Positions 48,202 through 54,250 of a stretch of 64,000 bases of DNA are shown piece by piece; positions within the stretch are counted from its first letter, which is position 1; every line of letters begins with the position of its first letter. Source of the stretch: an uncultured Candidatus Saccharibacteria bacterium (GTDB lineage: Bacteria > Patescibacteriota > Saccharimonadia > Saccharimonadales > UBA4665); contig CAZRPP010000001.1 in assembly GCA_964602145.1 (NCBI GenBank), positions 2,043-66,042 on the forward strand, written 5' to 3'. A program made the translations under genes and the position numbers. The notes under the pieces were generated by a model. The model made no database searches. It saw only the letters and a list, made by a program, of their open reading frames with translations, and was not told the DNA's origin.

Positions 48202-48264
48202 ACGCTAGGCTAGATTATTAAAGCAAAGCTCACATCAGGCTCGCATAATTATACCGCAAACAGG

Positions 48265-48369
48265 CTACTGGGTAAACACGCTATTGATGCCGTGGTTTAG
48301 ATACCATAGCAACGCTAGGCTAAGAATTAGAATAAACAAAAGCACAAAGAACTTTGTACGGTCGGTCAT
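48265..48369 (-). CDS. Possible 34-aa membrane micro-protein coupled to the sortase stop
   Basis: MTDRTKFFVLLFILILSLALLWYLNHGINSVFTQ. The ATG overlaps the sortase TAA as TAATG. Confidence 0.3.
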   Translation of the reverse strand: MTDRTKFFVLLFILILSLALLWYLNHGINSVFTQ

Positions 48370-49055
48370 TATTCACCCAATCCTTCCTGGAGTTTAGCTG
48401 TTACTACGAGCCGGTGGTCTGGTTTCCAGAGCGGCGTGCAGGTGTATAGGGTAAGCATAGGGCTGTCGCTTGCCTTCAGAATAGATGTGTCGTTTGGACT
48501 CACCACAAATTGGCGTTCAACGGTATAGGTATAGAGCTTGCCGTGCCACCAGAGCCCAATAGTGTCACCAGACTGCATTTGATTTAAAAAATAAAAATGC
48601 CCACGAGGCTGGGTGTAGGTAAAGCGATGAGCCGCAATGACCGTATTGCTCTCTTTGTCCGGTGTGCTGGCGGCGGGCGTTAGCCAGGCCCCCTTGGCCA
48701 GCCACCAAGAGCTGCGCTCGACTGAACCAGTAATAATAGGCACTTGTAATGAGATTCGAGGAATAATTAAGCCATCATGCGTGGCATCCGCCTGAAAGCC
48801 CTGTGCCTGGGGCTGGGTTGATGAGGTCTGCGCTACAGGGCCGGTGCTGGCTGATTGCTTCTTGGCAGCTTGCTGCAGTTGACTAGATAGCTTCTGAGGT
48901 GTGTTATTGCCGTATCGATGGTCCCACCAGAAGGATATGCCCGGCCAAAGCGGCAGCATAATAATATAGCCGTTAACAAGTATGATTGCCAACAGTAGAA
49001 CAACATTAAGTCGCCAGTACACCCTATGACGCATATATTTTATTGTACCATGCAA
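48369..49055 (-). CDS. Sortase family transpeptidase
   Basis: N-terminal TM helix, catalytic His (VIAAHR), TLYTCTP (TLxTC), and a conserved Arg downstream. An alternative start lies at 49034. Confidence 0.8.
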   Translation of the reverse strand: MHGTIKYMRHRVYWRLNVVLLLAIILVNGYIIMLPLWPGISFWWDHRYGNNTPQKLSSQLQQAAKKQSASTGPVAQTSSTQPQAQGFQADATHDGLIIPRISLQVPIITGSVERSSWWLAKGAWLTPAASTPDKESNTVIAAHRFTYTQPRGHFYFLNQMQSGDTIGLWWHGKLYTYTVERQFVVSPNDTSILKASDSPMLTLYTCTPLWKPDHRLVVTAKLQEGLGE

Positions 49056-49072
49056 AAACGAAGCCTCTGGCG

Positions 49073-49210
49073 TTAACGAAAATCGACTTCGCGATTGTAA
49101 TCAACGACATACCGGGAGATTATTCTATCGCGAAGGGAGCCCACATTAAAAATAAGCATGCCCTCAAAAATCAGCACTGCCAAAAAAAGGAAGATAAAGA
49201 CCCAGGTCAT
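49073..49210 (-). CDS. Possible 45-aa membrane micro-protein upstream of the sortase
   Basis: MTWVFIFLFLAVLIFEGMLIF... has one TM helix. Not in the ORF track because it is under 60 aa. Confidence 0.3.
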   Translation of the reverse strand: MTWVFIFLFLAVLIFEGMLIFNVGSLRDRIISRYVVDYNREVDFR

Positions 49211-49239
49211 AAATGAGGTCTTGGCTCGAACCATACCTA

Positions 49240-50586
49240 CTAGTATGGCATAGAAACCGCAATAGCGGTTATTGTTCTGCCAACGTAACTTTTATTCAGC
49301 CAAAAACATTTTTTAGGCTCCATGACTCCTTGGGGTGTCGGAAGCTTATCCTGGGCATTTTTGCCTTTGGGGCGAACATGCGCTACAAAGCTTTCAGTAG
49401 ATTTTGGGAGGTTACTGGCATCGATAGCAACGCGGCGCTTCGTTTCCTCCCAGACGCGCTGTGCTTCCTCACGGTCCGCAAAAGGCATGTTCCAATAGCC
49501 CACTTTTTCAAATCGATATGCGCCAGGCTCATATTCACGGAAGACAACTAATAAAAATTTCTGCTCAATTTTGGCAAAAAACGTACTATCCTCCCATTCC
49601 TCGTTGACAATATCTATGTAGCTAAAGGCAGGGAAAGACATAGCTTCTTTTGGTGCCCAATTTTTCCCAACCCGGATAGTCTTTACTTCCACGCCAGCTT
49701 TCTCAAGCTCGGGAATAGATCGCTTGGTCGTTCCGAGCATGCGCATAGTCAGATTCCGATAAAAGCCCTTATCGTTTTTACCTTTTTTATGGAAGCTCAG
49801 CATGTCGGAAATTTCTGCTACAGTTTTGCCTAGAAACGGCCTAAATTTGTCCTGGGTCGCCTCTTCAATGGTAAGCTTCCCACTCCCTTTTAGTAGCCCG
49901 GCCCCTGAAGCATGACCAGCAATAATCCTGTTCACATATGTTGGCTTGAGCGAAAAAGCCCGTGATTTAGCTAGTGTGTCAGAAAAAGGTTGGTGTCTCA
50001 GCGGCTCGTTAACTCCGCCCGAACCCTTGCGGCAGGCACCGAGATAGTAGGTATCACCCTCAGATAATTCATGCGCTTTACCGTCCAAAATTTTTTGCCG
50101 GATTGTCTCCCAGTCGCGCCTAATAATCTTTAAATCTTCAGCCGGGAATTCAAATAGCAGGGGATTTAATACGAATCGTCTGTCGTAAACAGCGACCCCT
50201 TTTTCGTACAGATAGAACAGAATCAGCATCAAACGACATTTTTCCATGAGCGACGATGTGTCCCACTGCTCATCGGCCAGCTGTAAATAATTAATCATGG
50301 TTAGCACTAGCCGCTCCTTGGCTCTATAACTACCGTCCGAGCGCTTTAGAACGCCGGTGGTTTTGAGCTCCACGCCTGCTTCTGGAAAGTCGGGCAGATG
50401 CGTTGTGTTATCGGGCCGGTAATGGTAGTAGTATTTTTCCACCATGTTGCCTAGATCGCCTTTATTGCTAATATTTTCAATTATGTGGCTTAAATCTACC
50501 GCCTCCGCCAAAGTTTTACCAGACAAACCATGGGCAAAATCTAGCAACGATTGAGGGGAAGTAATATCGTACAAAAGCTTTGGCAT
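49240..50586 (-). CDS. Type II restriction endonuclease, MutH/Sau3AI family (predicted GATC)
   Basis: Blocks shared with Sau3AI from memory: EAGVELKTT, KERLVLTMINY, GKAHELSEG, QPFSD..AKSRAFSLK, AMSFPAF, NEEWEDS, HVRPKG, KCFWLNKSY. Start taken at the second ATG (TGTTACAAT -10 box lies 7 nt upstream); alternative start at 50595. Confidence 0.85.
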   Translation of the reverse strand: MPKLLYDITSPQSLLDFAHGLSGKTLAEAVDLSHIIENISNKGDLGNMVEKYYYHYRPDNTTHLPDFPEAGVELKTTGVLKRSDGSYRAKERLVLTMINYLQLADEQWDTSSLMEKCRLMLILFYLYEKGVAVYDRRFVLNPLLFEFPAEDLKIIRRDWETIRQKILDGKAHELSEGDTYYLGACRKGSGGVNEPLRHQPFSDTLAKSRAFSLKPTYVNRIIAGHASGAGLLKGSGKLTIEEATQDKFRPFLGKTVAEISDMLSFHKKGKNDKGFYRNLTMRMLGTTKRSIPELEKAGVEVKTIRVGKNWAPKEAMSFPAFSYIDIVNEEWEDSTFFAKIEQKFLLVVFREYEPGAYRFEKVGYWNMPFADREEAQRVWEETKRRVAIDASNLPKSTESFVAHVRPKGKNAQDKLPTPQGVMEPKKCFWLNKSYVGRTITAIAVSMPY

Positions 50587-50608
50587 ATGCCTCATTGTAA
50601 CAAAAGGG

Positions 50609-50637
50609 TTGATCCCGCGCGCCAAAGTTGCTAAGAT
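50609..50637 (+). promoter_or_regulatory. Putative methyltransferase promoter TTGATC-17-TAAGAT with a GATC inside the -35
   Basis: Hexamers at 50609-14 and 50632-37. GATC at 50611-14 also falls in the spacer of the divergent endonuclease promoter (-10 box on the minus strand at 50594-99). Confidence 0.45.
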
Positions 50638-50647
50638 AGGAACATAC

Positions 50648-51892
50648 ATGGGGAAGCAGATAAGAATTGCAGAACTTTTTGCCGGCGTGGGCGGTTTTAG
50701 GATTGGCCTAGAAAACGCCGACAAATCTTTTAAGACTGTTTGGGCAAACCAGTACGAGCCGGCCACTACGCGCCAGCACGCCTCAGAAGTGTATGTGGCC
50801 CGTTTTGGTCCTGCCGGTTTTGACGGCCGCGACATAGAAAAAGTTATTGAGCGTGACTTTGATTCTATCCCTGACCATGATTTATTGGTGGGCGGCTTTC
50901 CGTGCCAGGATTATTCTGTTGCCAGCACTCTCAAAAATTCTCACGGGCTGATTGGCAAAAAGGGTGTTTTGTTCTGGTCTATTTACTCAATTTTGAAGCG
51001 CAAAGGCGCTGCTGCGCCGGACTACATTTTCTTAGAAAATGTGGATCGGCTACTCAAATCGCCTGCTAAGCAGCGCGGCAAAGATTTTGCGGTTATGCTA
51101 GCGGCCTTGTCTGATTTGGGTTATATCATTGAGTGGCGCGTGATAAACGCCGCTGACTACGGCTTTCCGCAGCGCCGCCGCCGGGTGTTTATTGTGGGTT
51201 ATAAAAAAGGTACCAAACTGCACGCCGCGGCTTTGGCCGCGGCTCGTTCTGATTGGCTGCTATCCTCTGGTGTTTTAGCCGATGCATTTCCGGTTGAGCA
51301 ATCACTAAACGCGCGCGAGTTTGTTTTAGAAGGCACGTATGCGGAAATCACCAAAAACTTTTCCGCGAGCAAACCTGTCGTGAGTCCATTTGAAAATGCT
51401 GGCATGGTGGTTGACCGGCAAGTTGTAACAGGTAAAGTCGCGCCCATGTACAGTGGCCCACGAACTGTGCTGGGTGATATTTTGATTCCAGAAGAAGACG
51501 TGCCCGCCGAATTCTTTATAGCTGACTCTGTCCTACCAACCTGGACTTATCTAAAAGGCGCTAAGAAGGAAGAGCGCACATCTGCTAGCGGTCACGTGTA
51601 TCACTATGCAGAGGGTGCAATGGTTTTCCCTGACGCATTAGATAAGCCCTCCCGCACAATAATTACCGGCGAAGGTGGTTCTGGCGCCTCCCGCTTTAAG
51701 CACGTTGTTCTAACGCCCTCTGGACGTTTGCGACGTTTGACGCCACTGGAGCTAGAGAGGCTAGACATGTTCCCCGATAATCACACTCTGCTGGACGGTA
51801 TTTCAGATGGCAAACGAGCTTTCTTTATGGGGAATGCCTTGGTCGTAGGGGCGATTGAGCGGGTGGGGTGTGCGCTAATAAAGCGATTTTAA
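50648..51892 (+). CDS. DNA (cytosine-5)-methyltransferase, partner of the Sau3AI-like endonuclease
   Basis: C5-MTase motifs I FAGVGGF, IV GGFPCQDYS, VI ENV, VIII QRRRRVFIVG, X GNALVV. Confidence 0.9.
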   Translation: MGKQIRIAELFAGVGGFRIGLENADKSFKTVWANQYEPATTRQHASEVYVARFGPAGFDGRDIEKVIERDFDSIPDHDLLVGGFPCQDYSVASTLKNSHGLIGKKGVLFWSIYSILKRKGAAAPDYIFLENVDRLLKSPAKQRGKDFAVMLAALSDLGYIIEWRVINAADYGFPQRRRRVFIVGYKKGTKLHAAALAAARSDWLLSSGVLADAFPVEQSLNAREFVLEGTYAEITKNFSASKPVVSPFENAGMVVDRQVVTGKVAPMYSGPRTVLGDILIPEEDVPAEFFIADSVLPTWTYLKGAKKEERTSASGHVYHYAEGAMVFPDALDKPSRTIITGEGGSGASRFKHVVLTPSGRLRRLTPLELERLDMFPDNHTLLDGISDGKRAFFMGNALVVGAIERVGCALIKRF

Positions 51893-51907
51893 TACAAAAA
51901 TATATAA

Positions 51908-51936
51908 TTGACCAATAATAAAAAACAAAGTATAAT
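51908..51936 (+). promoter_or_regulatory. Consensus-like promoter TTGACC-17-TATAAT for the HEPN gene, leaderless
   Basis: The -10 box ends 6 nt before ATG 51943. The surrounding DNA is very AT-rich. Confidence 0.6.
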
Positions 51937-51942
51937 ATTATT

Positions 51943-52593
51943 ATGTCAAATCCGGAACTTTCTCCAGCACAGTCATTTTACGGATGTCCTTCGCGGGATG
52001 TTCATGAACAATTAGGGCAGGGTTTTCTGAATATTACGGCAAGGATAAAATGTGCAAAGTTCCCAGAGACAGTAGTCATTAAGGACTTAGTCTCGGGCAT
52101 AGGCGATACTGCTACTCAAACGAGAATCGCTGATAGGCTAGGTTGCCAGGGATGCCCTAATAAACGAGTAAATCCTGAAGTTGCCCACAAACAGCAGATG
52201 GTCCAATCTTTGCACCACAAAATCGCCAGTTATTGTGGTAACCTTTTTATTGACGGGCATTACATAAATGCAAGCCTAACATCCTTTATTATTGTGAAAG
52301 ATAGATTACGTGAAGTTTCAGGGTTTGAACGAGCTAATGATGCTGTTGGTAAGGGTCGTCTCTATTTCAACGGCGCGCCAAGTAAAAATGTTGATGATGA
52401 CTTCCAGCGTTCTGCTCAATTTGCACTTACGAGCATAGATTTTGCCAGAAACACGCTTGCACACTCTAACCTCACATTTCCCTCAGATATGCCCGAGGAA
52501 GAAAAGCTTAATACTACTTTCAGTGATTTAATGCTTTCATCAAGAGGCATGTGGCTTTTAGACGGCGCGGTGCAAAAACCTGTAGGTATGTAG
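51943..52593 (+). CDS. Cys-rich N-terminal domain fused to a Ymh/TIGR02391-like HEPN domain (RNxxxH)
   Basis: LHHKIASYCGNLFIDGHYINA...L.EVSG...FARNTLAHS matches the Hypoth_Ymh HEPN pattern. Five Cys in the first 75 aa (incl. GCQGCP). Appears AT-rich by eye. Adjacent to the R-M pair. Confidence 0.6.
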   Translation: MSNPELSPAQSFYGCPSRDVHEQLGQGFLNITARIKCAKFPETVVIKDLVSGIGDTATQTRIADRLGCQGCPNKRVNPEVAHKQQMVQSLHHKIASYCGNLFIDGHYINASLTSFIIVKDRLREVSGFERANDAVGKGRLYFNGAPSKNVDDDFQRSAQFALTSIDFARNTLAHSNLTFPSDMPEEEKLNTTFSDLMLSSRGMWLLDGAVQKPVGM

Positions 52594-52604
52594 TAGAAAA
52601 TCTC

Positions 52605-52632
52605 CGGGTTAGGAGACTCAAAACCCCTGACC
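52605..52632 (-). repeat. Displaced copy of the tRNA-Gly 3' part (T-arm plus acceptor)
   Basis: 52605-52622 is identical to 52752-52769 (18 nt). The next ~10 nt are similar (ccctgacc vs tcctggcc). Confidence 0.7.
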
Positions 52633-52653
52633 GCTGCCGCGGCCAGGGGCGAA

Positions 52654-52689
52654 TCCTGGCCTCATTTTGATTTTGAAGAGGCCAGGAGT
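52654..52689. repeat. Hairpin built from direct and inverted copies of the tRNA-Gly segment TCCTGGCCTC
   Basis: 52654-52663 is a direct copy of 52771-80. 52675-52689 is a perfect 15-nt inverted copy of 52769-83. Together they give a 10-bp stem. Confidence 0.65.
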
Positions 52690-52711
52690 CTAAGCTCTAC
52701 TCATATGCAAT

Positions 52712-52744
52712 AGAAAAGACCCAAGCTTTGCCTGGGTCTTTTCT
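52712..52744. terminator. Hairpin terminator abutting the tRNA-Gly 3' end
   Basis: AGAAAAGACCCA-agctttgcc-TGGGTCTTTTCT. Confidence 0.75.
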
Positions 52745-52746
52745 AT

Positions 52747-52822
52747 TGGTGCGGGTTAGGAGACTCAAACTCCTGGCCTCTTCCTTGGCAAGGAAGCGCT
52801 CTATCAACTGAGCTAAACCCGC
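52747..52822 (-). tRNA. tRNA-Gly(GCC), CCA encoded
   Basis: Acceptor GCGGGTT/AACCCGC, anticodon loop TTGCCAA, T-arm CAGGA-GTTTGAG-TCTCC-like. Confidence 0.9.
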
Positions 52823-53075
52823 ATGGCTACAGGAGATTATAGCAAAAAAATCGAGAGGGGCAAAGTCGTGTCTACAGATATCTATGAGCGAGTGTGCAGG
52901 ATTTCTTACTGCGCGCATGCGCGGGCGATGCTTAAATGGCAGGACAAAAAAGTAAAAGAGGGTATCATGGCAAAAAAGACAATTCTCCAGCAACAAAATA
53001 TCGCTTACAAAAAACCGATTCTGGCTCGCCGCATGATGATGCGCTAAAGACCTTTTCTCATGCTAAGCTAAAAGC

Positions 53076-53489
53076 ATGAAGCATCTCCTTGCAAAGCCAG
53101 GTGTCCGCTATCTTTTGGTTGGCGGCTCCGTTTACGTTCTAGAATTAGCCATTATTTGGGCCGCTCAAAAGGCTGGTCTGAGCGCCGTGGCCGCAGTGGC
53201 GGTGGCATTCATCGTGGGCACGCTTGTTTCATTTGCACTGCAAAAGCTGGTCACGTTTGGCGATAAGCGCAAGAAAGCGCGGATCGTGGGCGTGCAGCTG
53301 GCGGCCACTATCGGCCTGGTGATTTTTAACTTTGGCTTTACAGTCTTGTGTACGGCGCTGCTGCAAAAGCATTTGCCGGCAGTAGTTATTAGGACCGGTG
53401 CGCTGCTCATTACCACAATCTGGAATTTTTATTTGTATCGCACGCGCATTTTCAAGCCTGGCGCCGTGGACGAGCCGCTGGTATACTAG
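53076..53489 (+). CDS. GtrA-family membrane protein
   Basis: 137 aa, four TM helices; YLLVGGSVYVLELAI...WNFYLYRTRIF pattern. Confidence 0.75.
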   Translation: MKHLLAKPGVRYLLVGGSVYVLELAIIWAAQKAGLSAVAAVAVAFIVGTLVSFALQKLVTFGDKRKKARIVGVQLAATIGLVIFNFGFTVLCTALLQKHLPAVVIRTGALLITTIWNFYLYRTRIFKPGAVDEPLVY

Positions 53490-53497
53490 AGGAGCCT

Positions 53498-53571
53498 GGC
53501 GCGTTGGCGGAGTAGTTACGCAGCAGTCTGCAAAACTGTGTACATGGGTGCAAATCCCGTACGCGCCTCCA
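53498..53571 (+). tRNA. tRNA-Cys(GCA), CCA encoded
   Basis: Acceptor GGCGCGT/ACGCGCC, discriminator T, anticodon loop CTGCAAA. Confidence 0.85.
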
Positions 53572-53649
53572 AGTTTTGACGTGAATTTCACGTCATTTTT
53601 TATGTCCAAAAATCTAGCAAATAACAGGGGTCAGGAGTATAATAAAAGC

Positions 53650-54147
53650 ATGGGTAAAAGGTGTTCCTGGACCGATATGATGTTAGCCGCCGCGGTAGCC
53701 AAAAATAGAAGCTATCGAGCCGTTATTTTGGAGCTTGGGCTAGTGCCGGCCGGGGGTAATTATGTGCAGGTGCAGGAGCGATGCAAGATCCTAAAACTGG
53801 ATACTTCGCATTTCAAAGGCATGGGCTGGAACACCGGGGAAGATAAGAAAACTACTAATGTCGCGCGTTCGCTCGGGTCGATGTTACGTAAAGGGAGCGG
53901 CGTGCAGTCCTATAAATTAAAACTGCGACTGTTCCAGGAAAATATCATGCACCCTGAGTGTGTACTTTGTGGCTGGGCGGAGTGCAGTAAAGATGGTAGA
54001 ATTCCTGTAGAGCTAGATCATGTCAACGGGGACCACTCGGATAATCGTTTAGAAAATCTTAGAATTTTGTGCCCGAATTGTCATAGCTTACAGCCTACTC
54101 ACAGAGGAAGAAACAAAAAGAGAAGATTAATAAAAACACAAATTTGA
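53650..54147 (+). CDS. Free-standing HNH endonuclease
   Basis: HNH core ELDHVNGDHSDNRLENLRILCPNCH. TATAAT (53638-43) lies 6 nt before ATG 53650. Alternative ATG at 53602. The longer track ORF runs across tRNA-Cys. Confidence 0.8.
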   Translation: MGKRCSWTDMMLAAAVAKNRSYRAVILELGLVPAGGNYVQVQERCKILKLDTSHFKGMGWNTGEDKKTTNVARSLGSMLRKGSGVQSYKLKLRLFQENIMHPECVLCGWAECSKDGRIPVELDHVNGDHSDNRLENLRILCPNCHSLQPTHRGRNKKRRLIKTQI

Positions 54148-54156
54148 CAAAATTGT

Positions 54157-54242
54157 GCGCGGGTGTTGTAATCGGTAGCCAAGAAGCACTTAAAATGCTT
54201 TGCCCAAAAGGCGTGCGGGTTCGAGTCCCGCCCCGCGCACCA
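54157..54242 (+). tRNA. tRNA-Leu(TAA), type II, CCA encoded
   Basis: Acceptor GCGCGGG/CCCGCGC, anticodon loop CTTAAAA, long variable arm. Confidence 0.9.
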
Positions 54243-54250
54243 CTAAAATC

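Noticed and set aside
48204-48323. 11-nt direct repeat ACGCTAGGCTA at 48204-14 and 48313-23, flanking the spacer between tRNA-Phe and the sortase operon, as target-site duplication
   Set aside because: This is a single short repeat with no terminal inverted repeats or mobile gene between the copies. The second copy lies inside the candidate micro-ORF. It is probably coincidental.
49213-49551. 112-aa plus-strand ORF at the 3' end of the restriction gene
   Set aside because: It is fully overlapped by the Sau3AI-like ORF, whose C-terminal blocks (HVRPKG, KCFWLNKSY) are encoded here.
52823-53047. 74-aa ORF beginning inside the tRNA-Gly 5' flank, including a possible 26-codon ORF MAKKTILQQQNIAYKKPILARRMMMR at 52967-53047
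   Set aside because: The long form overlaps the tRNA-Gly promoter (TATAAT on the minus strand). The short form has only a weak GAGGG and no recognisable family. It is kept as unannotated spacer upstream of gtrA.
53398-53649. N-terminal extensions of track ORFs that run through tRNA genes (53398 across tRNA-Cys, 54200 across tRNA-Leu(TAA), 32516 across tRNA-Leu(CAG), 18577 across the end of the preceding gene)
   Set aside because: Internal ATGs just downstream of the tRNAs give proteins that start at the conserved N-terminus of their family, so the extensions are read-through artefacts.
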